From assembly GCA_004431415.1 (NCBI GenBank), contig QPMI01000048.1, forward strand, positions 62,001-126,000: DNA of 64,000 nt, read 5' to 3'. Of this stretch, positions 24,320-37,164 are shown piece by piece (within the stretch, counting starts at the first letter, position 1; every line of letters starts with the position of its first letter). This DNA is from Cyanophora paradoxa CCMP329. Lineage: Eukaryota; Plantae; Glaucophyta. The notes beneath the pieces are model-generated. The model did no database searches and was not told the DNA's origin. It was given only the letters and a program-made list of their open reading frames with translations. The position numbers and the translations under genes were made by a program.

Positions 24320-27300
24320 CGTCCTGCACCTTCGCGCGAACGTGCCCCGCGCCGGAGCCAACAAGAGTGCAAGTGCTGTTTCCAGCGTTGTGCGACGCCC
24401 GCAAATTTATAGAAGGTCCAGCACTAGCCGTCCCGCCTAATTCTGTAAGCAGCCTAAGCGGATCGCGATCGGCGGAAGTACCTGGAGCTCGATGCCGGCG
24501 GACAGCTAATTATAATTCTTCGGCGACAATTCTGGGTTTTGCATAACACGGGACGCTGGAGGCTGCATCGGCACAACCGGGTTAAAAGTTTCCGCCGGCG
24601 GGCAACGCCGGCGAAATACAACAATGGCTTACAGCAACCGATTGTTAGGAATTTCGCCGCCGCGCGCTTGGAGTTCTAAGAGTGCTTCCAGCCATGTGAC
24701 CCGCGCCCCAGCTGCCGTCCGCCGAGTACACGTCCCGGCGTCGACAAAAGCGTATACGTGTATACTTTCGTAGGCATGCGCAAGCTTGCGCAGTCGGCCC
24801 GAGTCGCTGAGCTCAAAGACCGGCGTAATTCCGTAATGCTTTAGCATTAAATTATGCAATTACCGTGGTTTATATTAACGCGGTAGAACCTGGCACTCCG
24901 CTAGGCGAAATTCCCCGGAGCCGAATAACCGGGGGTACAAACTTCTCTGAGGCTTGCCAAAGGTTGCATGGCCCAGTGGGGCAGTGACAGGGGGCGTAAT
25001 GCATGCATGCATATGGGGCGACTCGCAGCAGAGCATTAAATAGCGCGGCGCCAAATGAACGCGGTGCGGCAGGATTGCGGCGCCTGGGGGCTCGCTTCGC
25101 CCTGGTCTCTCGAAACGACGGTTCTGCGATCGATATCAGCGCGTGCATTTGGTACCGCTTCATTACGTGAGCGCGTTATTTCAATGTTACACGGTTTGTG
25201 AAACGCGACGATTCCGGTGTCACTTGTTACTATCAGGTGTGAGACGTACAGATTCCGGCCCAGTCGACGCGGTTCGCGGCGACGTGCGACGGTTTCGTTT
25301 ACGGTCCATCGTCCTGCAGCTTCGTGCGCACGTGCCCCGGTGCCAACAAGAGTGCAAGTGCTGTTTCCAGCGTTGTGCGACGCCCGCAAATTTATAGAAG
25401 GTCCAGCACTAGCCGTCCCGCCTAATTCTGTAAGCAGCCTAAGCGGATCGCGATCGGCGGAAGTACCTGGAGCTCGATGCCGGCGGACAGCTAATTATAA
25501 TTCTTCGGCGACAATTCTGGGTTTTGCATAACACGGGACGCTGGAGGCTGCATCGGCACAACCGGGTTAAAAGTTTCCGCCGGCGGGCAACGCCGGCGAA
25601 ATACAACAATGGCTTACAGCAACCGATTGTTAGGAATTTCGCCGCCGCGCGCTTGGAGTTCTAAGAGTGCTTCCAGCCATGTGACCCGCGCCCAGCTGCC
25701 GTCCGCCGAGTACACGTCCCGGCGTCGACAAAAGCGTATACGTGTATACTTTCGTAGGCAAGCTTGCGCAGTCGGCCCGAGTCGCTGAGCTCAAAGACCG
25801 GCGTAATTCCGTAATGCTTTAGCATTAAATTATGCAATTACCGTGGTTTATATTAACGCGGTAGAACCTGGCACTCCGCTAGGCGAAATTCCCCGGAGCC
25901 GAATAACCGGGGGTACAAACTTCTCTGAGGCTTGCCAAAGGTTGCATGGCCCAGTGGGGCAGTGACAGGGGGCGTAATGCATGCATGCATATGGGGCGAC
26001 TCGCAGCAGAGCATTAAATAGCGCGGCGCCAAATGAACGCGGTGCGGCAGGATTGCGGCGCCTGGGGGCTCGCTTCGCCCTGGTCTCTCGAAACGACGGT
26101 TCTGCGATCGATATCAGCGCGTGCATTTGGTACCGCTTCATTACGTGAGCGCGTTATTTCAATGTTACACGGTTTGTGAAACGCGACGATTCCGGTGTCA
26201 CTTGTTACTATCAGGTGTGAGACGTACAGATTCCGGCCCAGTCGACGCGGTTCGCGGCGACGTGCGACGGTTTCGTTTACGGTCCATCGTCCTGCAGCTT
26301 CGTGCGCACGTGCCCCGGTGCCAACAAGAGTGCAAGTGCTGTTTCCAGCGTTTTGCGACGCCCGCAAATTTATAGAAGGTCCAGCACTAGCCGTCCCGCC
26401 TAATTCTGTAAGCAGCCTAAGCGGATCGCGATCGGCGGAAGTACCTGGAGCTCGATGCCGGCGGACAGCTAATTATAATTCTTCGGCGACAATTCTGGGT
26501 TTTGCATAACACGGGACGCTGGAGGCTGCATCGGCACAACCGGGTTAAAAGTTTCCGCCGGCGGGCAACGCCGGCGAAATACAACAATGGCTTACAGCAA
26601 CCGATTGTTAGGAATTTCGCCGCCGCGCGCTTGGAGTTCTAAGAGTGCTTCCAGCCATGTGACCCGCGCCCCAGCTGCCGTCCGCCGAGTACACGTCCCG
26701 GCGTCGACAAAAGCGTATACGTGTATACTTTCGTAGGCAAGCTTGCGCAGTCGGCCCGAGTCGCTGAGCTCAAAGACCGGCGTAATTCCGTAATGCTTTA
26801 GCATTAAATTATGCAATTACCGTGGTTTATATTAACGCGGTAGAACCTGGCACTCCGCTAGGCGAAATTCCCCGGAGCCGAATAACCGGGGGTACAAACT
26901 TCTCTGAGGCTTGCCAAAGGTTGCATGGCCCAGTGGGGCAGTGACAGGGGGCGTAATGCATGCATGCATATGGGGCGACTCGCAGCAGAGCATTAAATAG
27001 CGCGGCGCCAAATGAACGCGGTGCGGCAGGATTGCGGCGCCTGGGGGCTCGCTTCGCCCTGGTCTCTCGAAACGACGGTTCTGCGATCGATATCAGCGCG
27101 TGCATTTGGTACCGCTTCATTACGTGAGCGCGTTATTTCAATGTTACACGGTTTGTGAAACGCGACGATTCCGGTGTCACTTGTTACTATCAGGTGTGAG
27201 ACGTACAGATTCCGGCCCAGTCGACGCGGTTCGCGGCGACGTGCGACGGTTTCGTTTACGGTCCATCGTCCTGCAGCTTCGTGCGCACGTGCCCCGGTGC

Positions 27301-27875
27301 CAACAAGAGTGCAAGTGCTGTTTCCAGCGTTGTGCGACGCCCGCAAATTTATAGAAGGTCCAGCACTAGCCGTCCCGCCTAATTCTGTAAGCAGCCTAAG
27401 CGGATCGCGATCGGCGGAAGTACCTGGAGCTCGATGCCGGCGGACAGCTAATTATAATTCTTCGGCGACAATTCTGGGTTTTGCATAACACGGGACGCTG
27501 GAGGCTGCATCGGCACAACCGGGTTAAAAGTTTCCGCCGGCGGGCAACGCCGGCGAAATACAACAATGGCTTACAGCAACCGATTGTTAGGAATTTCGCC
27601 GCCGCGCGCTTGGAGTTCTAAGAGTGCTTCCAGCCATGTGACCCGCGCCCCAGCTGCCGTCCGCCGAGTACACGTCCCGGCGTCGACAAAAGCGTATACG
27701 TGTATACTTTCGTAGGCAAGCTTGCGCAGTCGGCCCGAGTCGCTGAGCTCAAAGACCGGCGTAATTACGTAATGCTTTAGCATTAAATTATGCAATTACC
27801 GTGGTTTATATTAACGCGGTAGAACCTGGCACTCCGCTAGGCGAAATTCCCCGGAGCCGAATAACCGGGGTACAA
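24276..27875. repeat. Tandem array of ~980-bp unit, ~3.7 copies
   Basis: Units start at 24276, 25257, 26235 and 27214 and are nearly identical. Each carries the conserved upstream motif. Units 2-4 also carry a variant OTU-gene start (minus strand MDRKRNRRTSPRTASTGPES). Confidence 0.95.
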
Positions 27876-28320
27876 TTCGGCGACAAGTGCGATTCTGGGT
27901 TCTTCAGCGACAATTGCGATTCTGGGTTCTTCATAAAACAGGACGCCGAATAATTCTAGGTCTCATCTCAATTATATGTATATCAATTAGATGCAGCTTT
28001 ATCGGCACAACCGGATTAAAAGTTTCTGCCGGCGGGCAACGCCGGCGAAATACAGTAATGGTTCACTCCAACAGCCCGTGCTCCATCGCTCGCTTTGATC
28101 GCTCAGTACTTAGTACGAGCGATCAAATTGACCGCCCCCCATGTGCTGTCGACTGTCCGAGTCAGCAGCAACAAGCTGCAGCTGAATGCACTTGGGTGCG
28201 GCGCTGAGCCAGGGCCGGTGCAGAGTGAAACCCCAACGGTGATCACTGATGATCACTTTTCGTCTTTGAATTGCCTTATTCTCGCACTCGACAACCAGCG
28301 AGCGATCTTCGTGGGTCGCA

Positions 28321-31300
28321 ATGTTCAAGGGAAAAGATCCCGTGAGACCGGCACGGGAGGTGCACGCATACCTCCACCGCTACAGATCCAGCACGAAAAT
28401 CACGCGATCTTTTGTCGCCCAGTGCCACTGGTGCGTGCACGTGCACGTGCCACGGCACTCGCAATCTGTTCGGGCCTGCAGCTGTAGCTGCAACCCTGTT
28501 GCAAATTTTTAATTGAGCCTGGCGCACGCAGCGGAGCCTCGCTCAAGAAACGGAGCGCGTTCGTTTGCCAGAAGGACAAGACGCACGTCTTTTGCGAGGC
28601 GTGCGTCAAGTCGCTGCTCGGCGCGAACTTCGCCAAGACGCGGGGCAAGAAGCTTCCAGGGCCCCGCGTCTGCCCTGTCCCAGGCTGCGCGCCGCGCTCG
28701 TCCGTCCGGAATTACTGCACGTGTCGCCATTGCGCCGAGGACGATGGCAACGACGATACGGGGGCGGCTGAAGGTCCGCTCGCGATCGATACTGATCGCG
28801 ATCAATCAGATATCATTATAAAATGTTGCCGGCCTGACATGCACTTACCGTTGCCTGCAGCTCTCCTCGCCCTGCATGCACATGCGGCTGGGGCATGCGC
28901 AGGCGCCGGCGCAGCAGCGGACATTAACAGCGATCGCGACGAAGACAGATCCGGAGACGAGCTCGAGGTGCCCGGCTCAGAGCAGCACAGAAAGAGCCTC
29001 TCGCAATCGAAATTAACTAACACAAATATCATTGCGGCCGCAGTTATCCGCCGCCTCGGACTCGCTTAAGCTTCCGGGCTCCAAGGTGAAGACCATCCCC
29101 GAGGACGGGAAGACGTTCCTCAATGCAGCGTGCTGCAAAGTGCAGACGGCCAAGCAGCGCGCAGCTCTCGTCCGGCAGCTCAGCGCCTCGTTCTTCTCGC
29201 GCCTGGGTGGCGGGCTCGACTACACCGCCACCGTTCTCCTGCTCATGATCAACTTCCTGTTCATCATGGTCGCGGCTCTCCTCGACGACCCCACGACTCC
29301 CCGTGCGCCCTCTCGCGCTCTCGTCTATGGGCAGGCTTGTGTTCAGGCCTCGGCTTACGCATTGTTTCTGCAGTGGAAGTCGCGCAAGCCTTGAAGAACA
29401 TCTGCCTCGCGCCTCTCAAGCGCGCCGCTGAGAACGTGGGCGCTCGCTCGCTGTGGGCGCTTATCCTTGGGGAATCCGGGCACGGTTCGCTAATTCTTGA
29501 TCAGATATATATAGAGAGAAGTTTAATTCTGAGTTTCGGATTTGCATCTCACATTCTGATCATGAAACAGGCAAATCAACACTGGCGGGGGCCCTTTTCA
29601 AGCGTCATGCACCCCGCGACCCGCACTACTTAGAACAGCTTTGCGAGCGCTTCGGGATTCCCGTCGACATTCCGATGGTGCGTTAATAAAACTTATATCA
29701 TGTGACTCTACATCGATATCGACTTGCGCGTTGTGCGAATTATGGGAATCTTGTCCTGGCTAAATATGTCGCAGGCGTCTGCTTCCACGCCGGTTCCGGC
29801 ACGTGCGCGTCGCTGGCAGCTGCGATTCGATCTCGAAGGGAAAGTTGCGGCTGGGACCAGCGTCTACCTCCAGGTGTGATGTGATGTAAACTGCAGACGT
29901 ATAAATATGCAGTGCCTGCGAAATCGGTCGATAAACTGAAAATAAAGGCTGTTCAAGCATTTCTCTGCTCCAGTTGAATTCTATGGCACACATTTGCTCG
30001 GTACATCTTACACTTCTCGCCCCCGTCGTGCAGCTCGGCGTGATCGATTCGAAGTCGAAAACTACGCTGCCGCATTCCTTTGTTGAGGCGAATGGGTCAC
30101 TTCACTGCGTGCGTACATGATTTAAGCATTTTTTGTCCATCGCCGCAAGTTGACTGACTTCAATCGCAATCGATTGCAGCTACAAGTCACCACCGACAAA
30201 GAACTTTACAAGAGAAGCCCCGAGCACACCGAGAAGACGCATCGCCTGTTCTCAATCGGCACCTCGTTTTTCCGACTCTGGTGCAACGACGACGGAACCT
30301 GCTGCTTGCAGGTTCTCGCCCGGACCCTCGCAGACAAGAACCTGATCACCACGGGCGCCGGGAGCAGCGGAGAGCGCCTCCCGTTGGACGAAAGAGACAT
30401 CGACAAGGCCAATTTCGTTGGCTTTGCACGCTCTGGCTCCAGTCAAGAGCCGATCGCGAGGAAGCTCTCCTACTCGTGCAGACGAGCAACGGTTCGCGTT
30501 CTTAATTGTATAAACTTGCGCTCGCTTGCGCTTCATATTCTAGCATCATTTATTTAATCTTCTACACGGTTCAGCGCGCTTGCACTAATATACCAATCGC
30601 TGCAGGCGGCCCGCTTCGCCCTCGTACTCGTTGAAGGGAAGGGGAAGTCGGCGGAGGATGCGCCCGGCCACCTCGAGCTTCACGTCGATTCTGTGGACGG
30701 GCCGCGCGTCGGCGTCGGCAAGCTAAAGAAGGGCAACGTGGACGCTCTCGTCGTCGCCTCCAGTCCATCTTCGGTCCAGGCGGCGGACTTCTGCCCCATC
30801 TTTATGGTCAGTTAAAAGCCGTAGCCGAGTCTTTTGCTGTCCCCGAACTAAGGATCAGCTACGAACAGGTCAACTCGAAGGAAAGTCGTGAGCCGCAGTC
30901 TGGAGGCTCATCGGGCGCAGAAGCCCTTTCCAAAATCCGCGCCCAGTTCTGCAGAACGGAATCGTGGAACAAGCAGCCCCTTCCTCCGTTGGAGTACGAG
31001 AAGTTCAAAGAGTTCGACACTCAGAGGGGAATCGCTCCTTGCGGGAAGCAGCATCGATACACCACTATCGTGCCCGAGGTGCGACGTTCTGCGTTCTGCT
31101 TACGCTGCACAGCTTTCAAATATTTTCGAGCTCACTGTTCGTGCATATGTGACTTGATGCGAAGGCACTGCGGAGTTGCGGGCCGACGGACACGCCAGCG
31201 TTGACGGTTGAATGGCGTGACGCGAGCTCGCTCTGGTCTCTAATCAAGAAAGGGCTCCATCTTCATGCTGAACCGATGCCGCCGACACCGCTCTCCACAG

Positions 31301-34300
31301 ACGAGGACTCGCCGAGTGCACAGGTGATCAAGGAACGGCAGCGGGTCGGAGGAGAGATCGCTGCGTCCTTTGGTCGCGACTGCAATCATCCAGACTACCG
31401 TCGCTTAAAAACCCTCGAGCAAACGCCTGGTGCGCAATTCGTGATCTTGAAATCGAACCCAATTTTTCCGCTTTCGGCTCTTGTAATTGATGGTTTTATT
31501 TTGCGGGTGCAGCTGACCTCGCCCTCCCTGTCGACATGGTGGACCGTTTGGGCAAGCGCGAGATCTTCGAAGTGTACAGCACTGTTTCCGAGGGCGTCCT
31601 TCTGGGCCTTCGCATTGCCGGCATCATGTGAGCCTCCGGATCCCCGCGACTGATACATACACACACAATGCAAAGCGCTTTTATTTAATCACGATGGACA
31701 TTGCAGGACAGCGACGGCGTTTCCTGGACTTCTGTGCACTCCCCTGGAGCTGGAGGCGACTGGCGTACGGCGTCTGCCCGCCATCACCTTCAACCTTCCC
31801 ACTCGGCTCCCGAAGGGCCTCGACGAAATGGTTGTCATCAGCACGCCGGTGCGCACTTGAATTCGATATTCAGACCTCTGCGATTATTTCTTAGTATTCG
31901 TTTAATACTGACTGCGGGCCCGGGCCGGGTCCTAGGGTGCGAAAACCGACAGAGATCTCCCGCCGTTCGAGCAGCGGCTCGTGAACGAGTCCGCGAACAT
32001 CGACGTCGACACGGCTCTTCTCGTGGCTAAAGAGCGGGCAATGACCCACGGGACTGTGCGCTGGCGCCCCCTGCAAATGAGGGACGTCGACCGCTGCGTC
32101 TGCCTGTTTGTGACCGCTTCGGCAGGTTGGCGACCAGCTTCGGAGGGGCGGGTCGGGCGGCACGAGCTCCGCCGTCTGGCACAATTATCTCCAGCGCAGC
32201 ATGCCATTTGGTGCGCTGCGAGTTGCAATCGGCGTGGAATTAGCGCTCTATTGCTGGTAACGTTGCAGCCCGCACCTTATATTAATCATGAGCCGCGTAC
32301 ATGTGCAGTGGCCGTGTGCAATCCCGACAAGGAGACGGAGGAAGATCCTGATCACATTCAGGAGGGGGTCAGTTTTTTGACCAACTTTTATTTCGAGTGC
32401 AGCTAAACTGACATGTTTCATTTCGGCAGGCGCAGATAATTGCCCAAACACTTTGGAGCCTCGCAGAGAAGACGCTCCTGAGGGATGCAGACGTGGAATG
32501 GGAGGAGCGGGTTGAAGACTGCAAACAACGGACCCTCTGCACGGGTGCGATTCGGATCCGTCAGTCTGCTCTATGCATACGCGCTGATCATGAAGCCCGC
32601 TATCCGGCTTATAAACAGGCGGATCTTTCACAAATCCCGACGCCGCCTGGTGATTATGAGGCCACTCTAAAGCAATCTTTGGAATAAATTAACTTGTACA
32701 TTGTTGTGGCAGGCTCGGAGTTCTGTGGGAGCAACTGCCGCTTCTGACCACCGCCTCCCGCACCGAACGCCTCCTTCGCATTGTAGAGGCCTTTCGCGCC
32801 GAGCTCCCTGCGTTGCTCGAAGTTTTGAATCCGGTGCGTCGTTGCCTTTGGAAGATTATCATGATCATCAACATAATATAATTTACGATCCCGAGCATAT
32901 GCATGCTTAATATTCGCGGTCTGTATGCAGGCGGTAGCTCTCGCAGAGCTCAACAATATCCCTCTTGACATCAAGGACCTGTGCTGGAGGCATGCCGGAC
33001 AGCAGATCATTGCCCGACTCGAGCGGCTCTTTGAAGAGAGCGACACCGGTGCCCTGCCTGGGCTTTCGGGCGACGATCAAGGCAAGGGGCTGTGGCTCGC
33101 CCAGCAGAACATCGCAGCTGGGATGGCTTTGCAGCAGGCGAGCGGTATCCTGGAGCGCGCAGCGGACATCGTCGCTCGGGAGACGACTTTGCCGGCACTC
33201 GTCACGAATCGCTTCTTCGAGCTCAATCGCAATCAGGTGCTCCACATGTACAGCTGTAAATGGTCACGAGCTCCTCGAGCTCTATTCACCAACTCGATAC
33301 ATTGCAATTGCTTTCGCAGAAAGTCAAGGCCGCGTTATCGAGCGTGGGCTCCAAGAAGCAAGCAGAGGCGTTCCTCTCTTACTGGGCGAAATGCGCCGAC
33401 CCGGAAGACGGCGGACCGGTGTGCTCGGACGCTCGTTAATTTCCCCAATTTCCCACCTCACGACGAGAAACGTCGCGCAGCTCGGCAACGTCCTGGTCGG
33501 AGACCTCGTGGCGAGGGCAGTGCAGGCTCTGGCAGAGCAAGCCAAATCCGGCGAGGGAAATACGGCCACCCTTTACGACGTCCTCATCGCGTTTGTTGAA
33601 GGCGCCTCACGGCGCCACGCTGACGCCTTCCTGGTGCGAAATAAATCACCGAGCGGTTCTCATACTGGCGGGTCTATTCGCGGGCACGTCGTAATTTGGT
33701 GCGCGCAGAACCTTGAGCCACCCCCGGGACTGGGCGAAGAGGAACTGAAGTGCTGGAACACACTTACCGAGACGTTCCACTGCCTGTTCCCAATGTGCGC
33801 CGGCTGCTCTTATTATGATTAATTTTGGGTTGATTTATCAAAAACATTAATCTCGTTCCGCTTCCGAAGGCATGCGCGAATGAAGCTCCGAGTTGTCGTA
33901 CACAGCATTCTCGACAAGTGCGCAAGTTCTTAAATATAAGAACTAGCTTTAGTGCACACCGTGAAATTTGATCTTGCGACGTTGTAGAATGCTTGCTGGC
34001 GACCAAACAAAGAGTGAGCATATAAGTTTCGTCTGGGGTGCAATCAGCAGAATTCTCGCAAGCCTTGTCTTGGTGCACCAGAGTTTTTTCTTGCGTTTTC
34101 TCGTAGGCGAAATTCTATATAGCTAATTATAATCCGTGCGCTTCTCGCAGGTGGATCTCCTCCCACCCAAGCCCAACTCCAAAGCAAGACAGCCAGCATC
34201 CTTTCAGGTTCCCTATTGATATCGCTATCGCTAGTGTAAACTGGCTTTGTTCTTGTTTCGTTGCTGGTTGACGCGCTTCTCGGGCCCGGGGCATCGATAT

Positions 34301-35409
34301 CCGCACGCGCAGCTTTCTTTCCTTGAGAAGCGGCTGCAACAACTGGCGGCCGCCGGCAATTCAACCACAGGGGGATGGCCGTGGCCTGCAGACCTTGGAG
34401 AAAAGTTCACTGTTGCGGTGCGATGTGCCAACGTTAACGTGCAATGTCTCGCCACCAGTATGACAAGCCTGCAATGCTGACTTCACTGTTGGGCTGCAGG
34501 GGCGGCCTTCAGGCTCCACTTTCGCAAGCCGCGGCACGCGCTCCGTAAGCTAAAATAGACCAACTTCCGAAGTTCAACATCACGTGCACCGCGTGCACGT
34601 GCTCATGACAGTTTGCAGGGGCCGTCAAACCCTGCGCTGGCGAACGAGATTCTGGAAGGGGCGGGCCCTGACGCACCTCCCGGCCTCCATAATTGCGTCT
34701 CCCGCTACCTGAGAGACGCAGTGCGCGCTCGGGGATCTCTTTCAAGTTCAGATTCGAGCGCCGCGGCGCTATATATGTATTAATGAAATGATTTTTCAAC
34801 CAGATGGGCGACGTCGGACAAAGCATTTCGAGCGAGATATTCATGCAGGTTATGGATATTTGCGCCTCCGATGTCCAAACCCTATCCCGGTAGGAATTCT
34901 CGCACGCTTGCAGGCTGCAGGCTGCAACTTCGTGAACGTCGCAACTGATCTAGATTTGCGGTTTTTCACAGGCCGCGAACAAACCTGGCGCAGTATTTCG
35001 GACCGGCTCTTGCGCCACTGGTCCGCGCACACTGCGGCGTAAGGGCGATCACCGCCGCCCTCACGAAGCTCCAAGCCCAGTGCGAGATTTAAACCTACAG
35101 CTGCTGTTGGCGGTTGAACTGCGGCGCTGGCTGACTCGCTGTACACTGATCAGGCTGCGGGACGAACGCCAGCAAGCTGACGTTCCCGTGGGCGCGGCGC
35201 GGAAGGCTTTCGCGAAAGCTCTTGCTATTCAGTCAGACGATGCATTCGAACCCGAGGTCCTGATCGACGAGGACCGCGATGCCGATCGCGAGGACCCCGC
35301 TGCGGCGCCGGCCGCGGGAACTTCAAATTCGGATGCCTCTGCCAAACGCGGTGATTCTACCAAATTTACAGGTACCGGTGCTCAGGAGTTTGCTGGAATT
35401 GCAAACTGA
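28321..35409 (+). CDS. Multi-exon Cys-rich zinc finger + dynamin-like P-loop GTPase + helical C-terminus, copy 1
   Basis: N-terminus QCH|CGASLKKRSAFVCQKDKTHVFCEACVKSLLG..CPVPGC..YCTCRHC. Walker A ALILGESGH|GKSTL spans intron 29485-29570. G2-like ASTPVP, G3-like VVISTP|G (31848/31936), DTALLVA, and G4-like AVCNPDK. Ends ...QEFAGIAN*. Confidence 0.7.
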
Positions 35410-35489
35410 CCGATATCTATATTAGGACTCGCAGGCTCCACTCGCACGCGTACCACCCCTTTGACGTTCCTCCGGCATGCGCAGGCCTC

Positions 35490-36110
35490 GGTCCGCGCCC
35501 CCCCCCCCCCCCCCTCCTTCCGCCCCCCCGCCCCCGACTCTTCCTCACCCCGGTACCCCCGCAGGGGCTGGCCGCGCCTGTACGCCTCCGGATCCGCGAC
35601 GTCGCGCCGCCGGGGCCGGCCCGCGCGGTCCGCTTGCTGCCGCCGCCGCCCTCCGCCCCCGGCTGAGCGCGCCGCAGCCGGCGGCCGTGCATCCGGGCAG
35701 CGCACACAATGAGGCCCGCGGCAAGGCGCCCGCCAAGCCCGCCAAGGTGCTCCGCTGCGCGCCCCGCGGCGCGTGCCCCCGCCGCACTGACGTCCCTGCC
35801 CCCCCGCCCCCCCCCCCCCCCCCCCCCCCCCCCCGAGCAGGCTGTACTCCAGAACGACGCCGCTCCCCTGCGGCGGGAGGAGCCGCGGGACGAGGAGCAG
35901 GAGGGCATCCAGTTCGCCTACGCCCTCGACGCCAGCGCCAGAGAGGCGCTGGCGGCCTCAACACAGGCCTCCTCCGCCCCCGCGCCCGCCAAGGTACCAG
36001 TGCTAGCACGCTTTATTTGCCGCGCGCCCCGGCCCACGCGCCCCGCGCGCCCTGGCCCGCCCCGCTGATCGTGATGGCCCGGCCGCCGCAGAGACGCCGC
36101 ACTAGCGGCG
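35490..36110 (+). repeat. Gene A 3' fragment (copy 2) inserted downstream of GTPase copy 1
   Basis: Matches ~21630-22170. The flanks align to the uninterrupted 3' region of GTPase copy 2 (~55900-56040). Confidence 0.75.
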
Positions 36111-37164
36111 GCAGCGCCGGCCCAAGTAGCGGGCGGAATTCAAAGCGCCAAGCCTCCCACTCCCCCGCTCCGGATCCAGTTCTGTCCGACGACGTCGAGT
36201 AATGAATTCGAATGGACCGGATGCTGGCCCCGGCCGCGGCCCGGGGGCCGGGCCCAGTGGCACGGTATACGTAAAGTGACGTCGACGTTGTAGGCTTAGG
36301 CAACTCAAGCATGAAGCGCTGATATCGATGATTATATAATTGGCCCAATTTTTTAGTGTTTAGAAAAGCCCAATTTAGAATAGCCCAATTGTTTGTATTT
36401 ACTTTTTCTTATGTCACGTGCATTGTATCATGATCACGTGCACCGCGAAATGTCTTCGAGTACACGTTCGCAGCTAGTTTTTATATGGCTATATAGTTAC
36501 ATTGCAATTCAATGATTTAGACATCTGATCATGAATTAATTTCGAATCTACAGCGCTAGCGCTAGCTTCTCAGAGTCTGGAATTCAATGATTCAGAGCTC
36601 GGGTGCCTCGTTCAAGTTTGAGCATTTCAGTTTCGACTTGATCAACGTTGTATACGTACACGTAGGTTTAGCATCGCATAAACAACCCAAGCATGATGCA
36701 CTCATAATTACCATCGCAAGCGCTTTGTATAAGCTAAAATAGCTCGATATATATATTTTGATGGTTTCGTGGGCGTTGCCGGCGCCACGAATAGTGTTCG
36801 AATTCGAGTAAGAGTTCGGATTCGCAGTTAGTCTTTACGTTGAATTTAAGATATCCGAATCATCAGCGTTAGCGCTATTCCATTTTTCCATTTTCGACTT
36901 CCTAGATTTGGCTTCAGCAGCTGAGCTCGCAATTGCCTTGTTCAACGGTTGCACATCGATATCGATATCTTTACACTCGGAAAACGGCTTAGGCGAATCT
37001 TGCAATCGATCGTATACTTTATGTTGTCCTAAAACAAGCGAGAGGCCCGGCCGGTTAGTTGTCCTGTGTTTAAGTTGTCCTTCGAGTCTTGGGGCTTCAA
37101 GGCGAGAGGGTGACCGCTCTTTGCATTAACACGGGGGGGAGTCATAGTCTGGGGGAAGAAGGAA

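Noticed and set aside
24276-27875. Possible CRISPR-like or rDNA-like array
   Set aside because: Units are ~980 bp and identical throughout, with no unique spacers and no recognisable rRNA or 5S sequence.
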